A stretch of DNA of 64,000 bases, taken from the NCBI GenBank assembly GCA_965267575.1, contig OZ254086.1, positions 1,088,001 through 1,152,000 on the forward strand, read 5' to 3'. Position 1 is the stretch's first letter. Each line of letters opens with the position of its first letter. Shown here piece after piece: positions 1-8,788 of this stretch. The position numbers and the translations under genes were made by a program. Below the pieces are notes generated by a model that was given only the letters and a program-made list of their open reading frames with translations, was not told the DNA's origin and searched no databases. The stretch comes from Calditrichales bacterium (GTDB lineage: Bacteria > Calditrichota > Calditrichia > Calditrichales > J004).

Positions 1-512
1 TTGGAAGGCGTGGGCGCAATGCGTCCGATAAGCGCCCGTATTTCCTGGGCGCTGCGGCTGTTGCCTACAAAATTGTGCCGTTCGCTCTGCAGCTCTTTAA
101 GTTGCTTTTTAAGACTGCGGTTTTCCATGGCCAGCTGGTGGCGCTCCAGCGCTTTGTCCACCACATGCAGAATATCCATTCTTTTAAACGGCTTGGTGAT
201 AAAATCATAGGCGCCGATGCGCATGGCCTCCACTGCTTTTTCGATCGTACCGTGGCCGGTGATCATGATGAATTCACTTTCGGGGTGCGACGTCCGGAGT
301 GAGCGCAACAGTTCCATGCCGTTCATTTCCGGCATATTCATATCGCTGATCACGAGTGCGATTTCGGTGCTGTCCAGGCAACGGCGGGCGGCTTTGCCAT
401 TAGCCGCTTCCAGTACATTATGCCCTTCGCGCTGCAAAACTTTTTTTAACGATTGTCTTACGGAATTCTCATCATCCACGACAAGTATGTTGTGGCCGGT
501 TAGGTCAGGCAT
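1..512 (-). CDS. NtrC-family sigma-54-dependent response regulator (N-terminal part; runs off the window start)
   Basis: Not in the ORF track. Manual translation gives MPDLTGHNILVVDDENSVRQSLKKVL...LVISDMNMPEMNG...MITGHGTIEKAVEAMRIGAYDFITKPF...NFVGNSRSAQEI, i.e. a receiver domain followed by the start of an AAA+ domain. The start overlaps the stop of the upstream kinase. Confidence 0.88.
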   Translation of the reverse strand, partial: MPDLTGHNILVVDDENSVRQSLKKVLQREGHNVLEAANGKAARRCLDSTEIALVISDMNMPEMNGMELLRSLRTSHPESEFIMITGHGTIEKAVEAMRIGAYDFITKPFKRMDILHVVDKALERHQLAMENRSLKKQLKELQSERHNFVGNSRSAQEIRALIGRIAPTPS

Positions 513-1596
513 TCTCATCCCCGCTTTTGCCGTTGGTGGGCAGGGTGATCACAAAATGCGCCCCTTCCGTGCTGTCATTCAGAATAATATCGCCACCGTG
601 TTCGCGCACCACCTGGCGCGTAATGGCCAGCCCCAGCCCCGTGCCCATGTCCTTGCTGGTAAAAAAGGGCTGGAAAACTTTGTCGCGAAAATTTTTGGGT
701 ATGCCTTTTCCACTGTCACGCACGTGGATATAAGCGTAGGGTGGGTGGTGTTCCAGTTTGACGTCAATGCGTCCTCCATCTGGTAAAGCTTCGATGCCAT
801 TGCGCAGCAGGTTGAGCATAACGCGGTGCATCTGACTGTGATCAAAGCTGGCGGAAATTTTGCTTTCCGGCTTTTCCAGGTGAATTCGCACTTCGTGGTT
901 TTCGGCTTCGTGGATCATAAAATGACAAACCTCGTGTAACAGGCTGCCAAGGTCATTAGCCTCCCTGCGTGATCGGGGCAGGCGCGAAAATTGAAGATAT
1001 TCGTTGGTCAGTTCGGCCAGCCGGTCCACCTCACGGATGATGGAGCGCAGCAGGGAAACGGCCTCGGCATGATCCATTTTTCGCGGATCGCTCAATTCAT
1101 CTTCAAGCAGTTCGGCATTCAGGCTGATGGAGGAAAGCGGATTGCGCACTTCGTGGGCTACTTTAGAAGCCATTTGGCCGATGGTCGCCAAACGTTCGGA
1201 ATGCGCCATTTGCTCCTGCTTTTTGAGCTTTTCCGTCAGGTCAATTTCGATGCCCATGTAGCCAATGCGTTCCCTCTCATGTACAATCGGCGTAATAGAT
1301 AACAGCACGGGTACCAGGTTGCCGTCTTTGCGCTTGTTGATGATCTCACCCTGCCAGTGTCCTTCTTTTTCTATGGATTCCCACATCTTTTTATAGAAAA
1401 GGTCGCTGGTGGCATCGGAGCGCAGAACGTTGGTCGTTTTCCCGATAAGCTCATCACGCTGCCAGCCAAAAATTTCCACGAAGGCGTCATTCACATCGGT
1501 GATGAGACCACGCAGGTCGGTTAGGATGATAGCGTCCGTGGAATGCTTGAAGGCACTGTAAACAAGGTGTTTTTTATCTTCTGACATATTTCTCAT
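505..1596 (-). CDS. PAS-domain sensor histidine kinase (NtrB-like)
   Basis: PAS/PAC N-terminus, H-box VAHEVRNPL, N-box NLLRNGIEA, G-boxes DSGKGI and GTGLGL. Start may be 1587. Confidence 0.92.
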   Translation of the reverse strand: MRNMSEDKKHLVYSAFKHSTDAIILTDLRGLITDVNDAFVEIFGWQRDELIGKTTNVLRSDATSDLFYKKMWESIEKEGHWQGEIINKRKDGNLVPVLLSITPIVHERERIGYMGIEIDLTEKLKKQEQMAHSERLATIGQMASKVAHEVRNPLSSISLNAELLEDELSDPRKMDHAEAVSLLRSIIREVDRLAELTNEYLQFSRLPRSRREANDLGSLLHEVCHFMIHEAENHEVRIHLEKPESKISASFDHSQMHRVMLNLLRNGIEALPDGGRIDVKLEHHPPYAYIHVRDSGKGIPKNFRDKVFQPFFTSKDMGTGLGLAITRQVVREHGGDIILNDSTEGAHFVITLPTNGKSGDENA

Positions 1597-1665
1597 GATC
1601 TAAAACAAAGATTGTGATATTACTAAATAGATAATGTTAAAACAAAACTTCCGACGCATCTCTTC

Positions 1666-2364
1666 CTATCCGTAAACAATCCCGGGAAAAAGAAAATTTA
1701 TAAAAAGTGTGTGCACGGGATCGAACACCCAATCGAAAACATACCAGGCAATAAAGATGCTGATAAACGGTGATGCCGGGTTGGAAATATAATCGAAAAT
1801 CTCATCGATATAAGAGCGGCTGAGAAAGAGGAAAAGCACATAACTGCCGTCAAAGCCGGGCATGGGCAGAAGATTGAACAGGAACAGGATCAGGTTTAGC
1901 GAAAACAGGATGCTTAAAAAGGACGTGGCGAAAGCCAGTTCCGGGGAAGCCGGATCGGCGATATGCGAAAAACCGATACTGTCCGGAGCATAAAACCAGC
2001 CGGCATAAAACCCGATGCGGATAATGACAATCGCCAAAATAACCAGCAGCAGGTTGGAGAGCGGTCCGGCCAGCGCCACCAGCGCGCTTTTGCGTGGATT
2101 GCTTCGTGCCCAGTTCACATTGTAGGGTGCAGAGGCCCAGCCGATCATCCAGCCCATCAGGAAATAGGCGGCAATGGGTACTACAACCGTTCCCACGGGT
2201 TCACGCTTTATGTGTGGAAGCGGGTTCAGCGTAACCTGTCCTCCGGCATATGCCGTGCTGTCGCCAAGACGCAATCCGCTCCAGGCGTGGGCCGCTTCGT
2301 GCAATACAATCGAAAAAATAAAAACGATATACCATATCACGGCCATGTGTAAATCGATTGACAT
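1666..2364 (-). CDS. Site-2 protease family (M50) membrane metalloprotease
   Basis: HEAAH zinc motif, AGPLSN, NLLPMPGFDG. Start moved to ATG 2364, which has a GGAG RBS. Confidence 0.88.
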   Translation of the reverse strand: MSIDLHMAVIWYIVFIFSIVLHEAAHAWSGLRLGDSTAYAGGQVTLNPLPHIKREPVGTVVVPIAAYFLMGWMIGWASAPYNVNWARSNPRKSALVALAGPLSNLLLVILAIVIIRIGFYAGWFYAPDSIGFSHIADPASPELAFATSFLSILFSLNLILFLFNLLPMPGFDGSYVLFLFLSRSYIDEIFDYISNPASPFISIFIAWYVFDWVFDPVHTLFINFLFPGIVYG

Positions 2365-2458
2365 GTTCAATCTCCGGATTTTAGGAAGGCTTAATTTCTG
2401 AAAATGTGCAAACAGAATCAAAGCACCGCAGGATTTATTAATCGGGAAGGGCGATGAC

Positions 2459-2493
2459 AAAAAAAAGCCGGGACACATTCTGCGCCCCGGCCT
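2459..2493 (-). terminator. Intrinsic terminator after gdhA
   Basis: GCCGGG-N13-CCCGGC stem followed by a T-run on the minus strand. Confidence 0.7.
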
Positions 2494-2519
2494 TGATAAA
2501 ATACTCGTCAGTTAAGATA

Positions 2520-3935
2520 TCACGGGAAAATACCCAGCTGCTCGTAGGATTTAGCCACCTTTTCCAGGGAACAAATAAACGCCGCAATGCGCATATCGAT
2601 GTTCTCTTTGGCGTGCTTGCGCTTAATTTCGTCAATCTGCAGGTAGGCATTTACCATCGTTTCTTCCAGGCCGGAAAAAACAAGCTCCTTTTCATCCGCC
2701 CCGACGGCGATTTCGCTGAAAACTTTCTGGTCCAGTTTTTTGCCGGTAAGCTTTTCCATAGCCTGCAGAATCTTCTTGTTACTATCCTCTTCAAAACGAC
2801 GGCTCATGCGGCCAAAACGCACGTGGGACAAATTTTTCAGCCATTCAAAATAAGAGACTGTCACACCGCCGGCATTTAAGTAAAGGTCGGGGATCACCAG
2901 CACGTTCTTCTCAGCCAGGTAGTTACTGGCATCGGCCGTTATGGGACCGTTCGCTGCCTCGCCGATAATCTTTGCTTTTATATTTTTCACATTGTCCATG
3001 GTAATCTGGTTTTCCAGCGCCGCCGGTATCAGGATATCACATTCCATCTCCAGGGCGTTTTTGGAAGGCTCTATATTCCTGGCTCCGGGAAAATTCAATA
3101 TTGATTCATTTTCCCTGCGGTGCTCCATCACCTCATCCACATCCAGGCCCTTCTCGCTATAGATGGCCCCTTCGTATTCAGCCAGGCAAACGATTTTAGC
3201 GCCACCTTCCTGGCAATATTTTGCGGCATGATAGCCCACGTTCCCGAGGCCCTGCACGATAACACGCTTGCCTTCCATGCCGGGCTTAAGGCCCAATTTT
3301 TTCATTTCGTCTTTTTGATTGCATGCCTCGCGGATGCCGAAAAATACCCCCTTACCGGTTGCTTCGGTGCGGCCGCGCACACCGCCCTGAGACAACGGTT
3401 TGGCCGTCACGCAAGCCAGGGCGTCCAGCGAATCATTGGTCAGCGACATATAGGTGTCGGCGATCCAGGCCATCTCGCGGGAGCTTGTACCGAAGTCAGG
3501 CGCCGGCACATCCACGCCCGGTCCGATGAAGTTTTTTTTGACCAGCTCAAAGGTGAACCGGCGCGTCAGGCGTTCCAGCTCGGCGTCTGAGTATTTCCAT
3601 TTTTGAATTTTTACGCCCCCTTTGGCTCCGCCGAAAGGTACATCGACAATCGCGCACTTATAGGTCATCAGCGAGGAGAGCGCCTTCACTTCGTCTTCGG
3701 TAACATTACCGGCGTAGCGGATACCTCCTTTGCCGGGCAGCTTGTGGTGCGAATGTTCCGCACGCCAGGCTTCTACCACTTCAATGCTGCCGTCATCTTT
3801 TTTAAGGGGAAAAGAAAAGTGGCAAACCGTATTAACCATCTTGATCTGCTTAAGAAGACCGGCGGGATACTTTGTGAAGCTGCTGGCCCTATCAAACGAT
3901 TTGTTTACTTCCTTAAAAAAACTGATCTTAGACAT
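2520..3935 (-). CDS. gdhA: Glu/Leu/Phe/Val dehydrogenase (glutamate dehydrogenase)
   Basis: [52 protein letters not shown]. Confidence 0.95.
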   Translation of the reverse strand: MSKISFFKEVNKSFDRASSFTKYPAGLLKQIKMVNTVCHFSFPLKKDDGSIEVVEAWRAEHSHHKLPGKGGIRYAGNVTEDEVKALSSLMTYKCAIVDVPFGGAKGGVKIQKWKYSDAELERLTRRFTFELVKKNFIGPGVDVPAPDFGTSSREMAWIADTYMSLTNDSLDALACVTAKPLSQGGVRGRTEATGKGVFFGIREACNQKDEMKKLGLKPGMEGKRVIVQGLGNVGYHAAKYCQEGGAKIVCLAEYEGAIYSEKGLDVDEVMEHRRENESILNFPGARNIEPSKNALEMECDILIPAALENQITMDNVKNIKAKIIGEAANGPITADASNYLAEKNVLVIPDLYLNAGGVTVSYFEWLKNLSHVRFGRMSRRFEEDSNKKILQAMEKLTGKKLDQKVFSEIAVGADEKELVFSGLEETMVNAYLQIDEIKRKHAKENIDMRIAAFICSLEKVAKSYEQLGIFP

Positions 3936-4063
3936 AATCGGGGACCTTTCTGTTGGTGGGACGATCTAATTCGAAAATAATCAGGCGACGTGCCACAAAA
4001 AATGCGTTTTTTTACACTCAATTGCAAAATCGAAATCAAAAAGCGTTCAGGTGAAAACAGAAA

Positions 4064-4390
4064 ATGGTGTTTAAGCGCGATTGGATGAAAGCGGTATGGG
4101 CCATCGCCGGAATGATTCCGCCGGGCAAGGTGATGACCTATGGCTCGATATCGGCTTTGCTGCCCGGTGTTACGGCGCGTATGGTGGGCGCGGCCATGGC
4201 TGCCTGTCCGGAGGATGGGGACATTCCCTGGTGGCGGGTAATCAACAGCCAGGGCAAGATCAGCCCAAGGCCGTCCGGACACCAGCACCTGCAGCGCAAC
4301 CTGCTGGAGGAAGAAGGATTGATCTTTTCTGCCGGAGGCCGGGTTGGCCTGCAGCGCTACCTGTTCAGGCCGCCAGACACACCAGCGTAA
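4064..4390 (+). CDS. MGMT-family alkyltransferase-like protein (ATL/YbaZ type)
   Basis: IPPGKVMTYG, ARMVG, PWWRVIN. Trp replaces the active-site Cys, as in ATL proteins. Confidence 0.88.
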   Translation: MVFKRDWMKAVWAIAGMIPPGKVMTYGSISALLPGVTARMVGAAMAACPEDGDIPWWRVINSQGKISPRPSGHQHLQRNLLEEEGLIFSAGGRVGLQRYLFRPPDTPA

Positions 4391-5270
4391 AGACTATATA
4401 TTCAATAAAGAAAAGCTTCCAGACAAACTGGTAAAAGGCCGTCATTTCTTTAGGATTTTCGGCTTGCAAACTTTTGCCGCGCAGCCAGAACCACAGTGCC
4501 AGCAGCAGATGGGCGATCGCCATGCTCCAGGGTTCCACGCCCGGCAGACCCGCCACCGCAAAAACCGCCAATAAAAGATATCCGCCGATTATAATCGTTT
4601 TGCCCCAGCTGAAAACCCGCTCCGCGCCAACCCGCAACGACAACGATCCGATTGAAAAGCGCTTGTCTCCGCGCATATCCGGGATATCCTTGAACCAGGC
4701 GATAACAACGCTTTGGCCAAACATAAAAACGGTCAGCAAAATAATTTTTAAAGGCAGGCCCTGCGTTGTTCCGTAGATGTGCTGGAAATGCAAAAACAGA
4801 AAAATGTTGACCAGCAGGCCGCGCACAGCAAGGATGCAAAAGGCTGCCCAAAAATGGAATCGTTTTAGGCGCACCGGAGGCAGCGAGTAAAGCGTGCCCA
4901 GAAGCAGGCTGCCAAACACCGTAATCATCAACCAGGCGCTTTGCAGCAGTGCCGTAATGATGGAAACGGCCAGCGCGCTGAAAATGATGATCCAGCCGCC
5001 GCGAATGGTGATGGCACCCGAAGCCAGCGGCAACCCGGGTTTGTTTATTTTATCGATTTCCACATCCGAAAGCTGGTTTAGGCCAACGATATAAATGTTT
5101 GCCCCCCAGCAGGAAACCAACGCCAGCAATAGCCCGCTAATGGCTTGCAGCGGATTTGCTGTAAACTGCGTATGGTCCCAGGCAATCACAGCCAGCGCGC
5201 TGACGCTGAGCGTGGTGCCAATAATCGTATGGGGGCGCGAAAAGGCCCACAGGTGACGCAGAAAGGTCAT
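4365..5270 (-). CDS. Homogentisate phytyl/prenyltransferase (UbiA superfamily, VTE2/HPT-like)
   Basis: FSRPHTIIGT, NIYIVGLNQLSDVEIDKINKPGLPLASG, FKDIPDMRGDK and FYQFVWKLFFIEY closely match plant and cyanobacterial HPT motifs. Start at ATG 5270, overlapping the upstream stop (ATGA). Confidence 0.9.
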   Translation of the reverse strand: MTFLRHLWAFSRPHTIIGTTLSVSALAVIAWDHTQFTANPLQAISGLLLALVSCWGANIYIVGLNQLSDVEIDKINKPGLPLASGAITIRGGWIIIFSALAVSIITALLQSAWLMITVFGSLLLGTLYSLPPVRLKRFHFWAAFCILAVRGLLVNIFLFLHFQHIYGTTQGLPLKIILLTVFMFGQSVVIAWFKDIPDMRGDKRFSIGSLSLRVGAERVFSWGKTIIIGGYLLLAVFAVAGLPGVEPWSMAIAHLLLALWFWLRGKSLQAENPKEMTAFYQFVWKLFFIEYIVFTLVCLAA

Positions 5271-6106
5271 GGTTTTTGCCCGCTTAGTACGACAAATCGA
5301 ATCAATCCCTGCTTGTAGCCTTTTATCATGCGTCGCACTGTAAGCGCGGCGAACAGCGCTTCCCTGCCGGCGGCAAGCGTGGCAACGATGCTTTTGGGCT
5401 TGAGGATAATACGCCATAACTGCTTCCAGAAAGGGGCTACGAACTCTGTCCAGTCGGCGTGTTTCAGATTAACAAAACCGGCCCTTTCGGCAGCGGCGGC
5501 CAGCATGCTTCCGCTGACCCATCGTGGCAGGTGGAAATGACGGTTGATTTTCTCAAGCAGCTTTTTTTCATCGCCGCTCAGCGTATCGCTGGTTTCTTTA
5601 TGGCACCAGGTGGCGCAGGCAAAGTGTCCGCCGGGCTGAAGCAGGTTGAAAAAAGTGCTGAACAGCGCGTCCTTATCGGGAGCATGCTCTGCGCTTTCCA
5701 TGGACCAGATAAAATCGAAACTGTTGTCTGGAAGCGGTGGCCGGGTCATGTCGGCCCGGAGAAATCGGCATGACTTTTCTACCTTGTTCTGTCGCGCCAG
5801 CTGTCCGGCGCGCCGGGCCTGCCGGGGGCTGAGTGTTAACCCAATGGTTCGCACCGACGGCCATTTTTCTTTGAGATAAAAGCTGCTGCCGCCGATACCA
5901 CATCCGGCATCAAGAATATGCTTCGGGCTGTTTTCGATTCCGGCAAAGGTCAGCAACTCTTCGATCATGCGCACCTGTGCGAGGATGGGATCTTTGTGCT
6001 GCCCGTTATAATAACCGTGATGCATATGTATGCCCCACTGGCTCTCCCACAAGGCCGAGGAACGATCGTAAAAGCGGGCGATATTACTGTTTAGCGAAGA
6101 AGCCAT
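5267..6106 (-). CDS. Gamma-tocopherol methyltransferase-like SAM-dependent methyltransferase (VTE4-like)
   Basis: IARFYDRSSALWESQWGIHMHHGYY, ILDAGCGIGGS, FDFIWSMESAEHAPDK, ATWCHK. Confidence 0.85.
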   Translation of the reverse strand: MASSLNSNIARFYDRSSALWESQWGIHMHHGYYNGQHKDPILAQVRMIEELLTFAGIENSPKHILDAGCGIGGSSFYLKEKWPSVRTIGLTLSPRQARRAGQLARQNKVEKSCRFLRADMTRPPLPDNSFDFIWSMESAEHAPDKDALFSTFFNLLQPGGHFACATWCHKETSDTLSGDEKKLLEKINRHFHLPRWVSGSMLAAAAERAGFVNLKHADWTEFVAPFWKQLWRIILKPKSIVATLAAGREALFAALTVRRMIKGYKQGLIRFVVLSGQKP

Positions 6107-6972
6107 AGACCTGCCGAGATGAGCAAGATGATCAGTGCGGAGAGAAATACGATCTGCTTGCGGTTGAACAGCTTAACACCGCGCAGTTCGGGACGCGTGA
6201 AACGCGCCCACACAGAGTAAACTACTGCTGCCGGTATAAACAATCCACCAAAAAGCGAACCAATAAAGAAGCGCAACCAGCCGGAAACACCCAGCTTGCT
6301 TGGCATCTCAGCAGGCGCTTTGGGGACAGTGGTTGATGCCGGTTTTCGGCCGCTAAGGGCAATGCCATATTTCTCATGGCGTATCCAGGGCGGGGCCACA
6401 TATTTTTTCTCGATGGATTCAAAGCCGGCCTCGCGGAACCACTGCTCGTACTCGTCTTCGGCGGGGAACAGCATCCAGACGCGGGCCACAAAACGGGCCA
6501 GCTTTTGGCGCGGCTCCAGCGGACCTATCATCAGCGCGGTGCCACCGGGTTTTACTACGCGCAGGGATTCACGGATGCCACGGGCCGGGTCGGGCCAGTA
6601 TTCGATGCTGCCCGCGGAAACGTAGCAATCAAAGGTGTTATCGGGGAAGGGCAGGTTTTCAGCATCACCGCGGGTGAAAGCCACGTTTTTCAGTTGCGGC
6701 TTTTTGATTGCTTTAGACATCTGGTGCGGGCTCTGGTCCATCCCGAAAACGCGTGCCGCCGGCAGCTTTTCGACGACGCCGCCGGTGGTAAAACCGGTGC
6801 CACAGCCCACATCAACAATCCGGGCCTCATCGGCATTCGGCGGATTAAGCAGGCTCAGGGCCTGGCTACGCATCTCCTCCGTCCAGAAAAAGGGATTGAC
6901 GTAATTATCATAAAAGCGCGAAAGGAAGCTGTAAAACCAAAAGGCCGCTTTTTTGTTTTGCACGTATCGCAT
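6091..6972 (-). CDS. Plant-type MPBQ/MSBQ methyltransferase (VTE3-like)
   Basis: QNKKAAFWFYSFLSRFYD..VNP..WTEEMR, VDVGCGTGFTT, DQSPHQM, GDAENLPFP, YVSAGSIEYWPDP.RGIRE, VWMLFP.E.EY..WF, plus C-terminal hydrophobic segments. Confidence 0.88.
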   Translation of the reverse strand: MRYVQNKKAAFWFYSFLSRFYDNYVNPFFWTEEMRSQALSLLNPPNADEARIVDVGCGTGFTTGGVVEKLPAARVFGMDQSPHQMSKAIKKPQLKNVAFTRGDAENLPFPDNTFDCYVSAGSIEYWPDPARGIRESLRVVKPGGTALMIGPLEPRQKLARFVARVWMLFPAEDEYEQWFREAGFESIEKKYVAPPWIRHEKYGIALSGRKPASTTVPKAPAEMPSKLGVSGWLRFFIGSLFGGLFIPAAVVYSVWARFTRPELRGVKLFNRKQIVFLSALIILLISAGLWLLR

Positions 6973-7024
6973 GGGGGTCTACCTGCCAGTTTAAGAATGA
7001 TTGATCAGCTTAACGCATGCTTTA

Positions 7025-7162
7025 GGAACCCATCCCCAAATCCCTTCCCTAAATTTTAGGGAAGGGACTTTTTCCGGTTGTCGTTATTCTGGTATTTATC
7101 AACAAAACGCCGTTTTTCTCCCCTTCCATTGGAACAAGGGAAGGGGCCGGGGGATGGGTTCA
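7025..7162. repeat. Paired palindromic REP-like element between VTE1 and VTE3
   Basis: GAACCCATCCCC...TCCCTTCCCTAAATTTTAGGGAAGGGA and CCCCTTCC...GGAAGGGG...GGGGATGGGTTC. Outer inverted repeat enclosing two hairpins. Confidence 0.7.
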
Positions 7163-7169
7163 ATATTTC

Positions 7170-8153
7170 TCAAATCACTTCCAAACCTTTATAATCCCCA
7201 ACGATCTCCGCGCCGCCGTGGCTGCTTTTATCTTTGAGTACGAGCCGGTCGTTTTTCCACAGGTGGATGGAAATATATCCATTAAGACACTCATCAATCT
7301 CCCGCAACATGCCTTTTTCCGTGGGTGCTTTCAGGATCGCGCTCTTGCCCGTTTCGGCGCGGAGCTGTAAACGATAGTGCTCGTTGATCAATTCCATCTC
7401 GATGACAGGCGGGTTCGTCACAAGCCGTTGGATGCGCGATTTGTTGTAGGTGGTGAATTGGATCAGCCCGTCGTCGGGTGTAAGCAGTCCGGCAATAAAG
7501 CCGTTAAAGTCGCCGCGTATCCAGGGCACATGGGCCACGGAGACAAACAGGCTAAGCGGCTGCACGCTGAAGTGATTGGCCTGCAGCCAGATCCAGTTGC
7601 GCGGGAAGGCTTTGCCCCAGTCTTTCTCGATGTAGCCGCGGCCTTTTTCAAAGTTCAGGGTTTTGCCGTTTTCAACCAGTTCGCCGTCCACAACATGATC
7701 CATGCTGACCACACCGTGATAGCACTGCATAAAGGGCATCCAGGCATACCAGCCCATGCAGCCGGGTGAACGCACACTGGACGGCCAGCGCTTGTTGCCG
7801 GAAAAGGTAAGCGAACCGTTCATGCTCCAGTCATCATCCTGCAGGTCCAGGTAGATAAAACCTTCAGTGAAACGATTGGGTCCGATGCTGATATCCAGCG
7901 ACGTGCCGTAGGAGCGGAAGTCGCCCGCGTCAAAGCGGATATAGCGGCTTTTGTTTTTTGCACCATCCAGGATTTGGATAAACGCTTCGCTGTACTCTTC
8001 GGCTGGACTTTTATAAATACCGGGGATTATAGCCAGGCTGTGACCGTTTTGGGCATCGACGCATTTGTAATACCAACCTTCAAAAAAGGGGCCGCTCTCC
8101 TTTTTACCGTGGTAGCCTGCGGGCTTAAGGATACCTTTTATGTGTTGCAGCAT
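7170..8153 (-). CDS. Tocopherol cyclase family protein (VTE1-like)
   Basis: GYHG...FFEGWYYK, GCMGWYAWMPFMQCYHGVVSMDH, GRGYIEKDWGKAFPRNWIWLQAN. Confidence 0.87.
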   Translation of the reverse strand: MLQHIKGILKPAGYHGKKESGPFFEGWYYKCVDAQNGHSLAIIPGIYKSPAEEYSEAFIQILDGAKNKSRYIRFDAGDFRSYGTSLDISIGPNRFTEGFIYLDLQDDDWSMNGSLTFSGNKRWPSSVRSPGCMGWYAWMPFMQCYHGVVSMDHVVDGELVENGKTLNFEKGRGYIEKDWGKAFPRNWIWLQANHFSVQPLSLFVSVAHVPWIRGDFNGFIAGLLTPDDGLIQFTTYNKSRIQRLVTNPPVIEMELINEHYRLQLRAETGKSAILKAPTEKGMLREIDECLNGYISIHLWKNDRLVLKDKSSHGGAEIVGDYKGLEVI

Positions 8154-8183
8154 GGATGAAATATAGGGAAAAAATTCCGCAAT

Positions 8184-8636
8184 TTAGCCTGCGGGAATCT
8201 TGTTTACCAAAACCTTTTCTTTTGATATTTGAATATTAAACCGGTGGCCTTGTATCTCGAAATCGAACGAATGATCTTTCTGCCACTTAATGAATTTAAG
8301 TCCCGATAACTCTCCTTCAAGTGAAAACTCTTTTGCAAACTGCATCATGTCAAACTGCTTGATATATTCAATTTTTTTGCAGCATCCCTCTTGCCCATAA
8401 GTAACTTTCTCAAAATACATCGAGTCATAGATTTCGGAAGTAGTTACAATAACTCTAAATGCAAATGATGTAACTTCCTCCTTTGTTTGCATTTTGAGCC
8501 AAATAGGCTCGCTTTCGCTAAGAAATGTTATCCATGGATAAATATCAGGTTGTGAAACGTCTTTAGTGTCTATCCATATCGATTGAGAATAGCAATTTAT
8601 TGTTAATATAGTGATAAATAGAAAAATTCTTTTCAT
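8184..8636 (-). CDS. Hypothetical secreted protein (AT-rich)
   Basis: Signal-peptide-like N-terminus and a 150 aa ORF; no family recognised. Confidence 0.6.
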   Translation of the reverse strand: MKRIFLFITILTINCYSQSIWIDTKDVSQPDIYPWITFLSESEPIWLKMQTKEEVTSFAFRVIVTTSEIYDSMYFEKVTYGQEGCCKKIEYIKQFDMMQFAKEFSLEGELSGLKFIKWQKDHSFDFEIQGHRFNIQISKEKVLVNKIPAG

Positions 8637-8788
8637 AATATTTAGTGAGAATAAGGTTAATATTTAGCCACACATTTAAACCATTGCTAAGTAGAAAATT
8701 CATTTAACACGCCTTGCTGAGGCTTACGTGATTTACTATTTAATCCACTTTTTAGCTAAATAAAATTTAGTGGCAAAAAAAGCAAACG

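Noticed and set aside
4365-8153. Plant or cyanobacterial contamination explaining the tocopherol genes
   Set aside because: Operonic overlaps, absence of introns and transit peptides, overlap with the neighbouring ATL gene and a host-like palindrome inside the cluster argue for native residence. A read-level check is still advisable.
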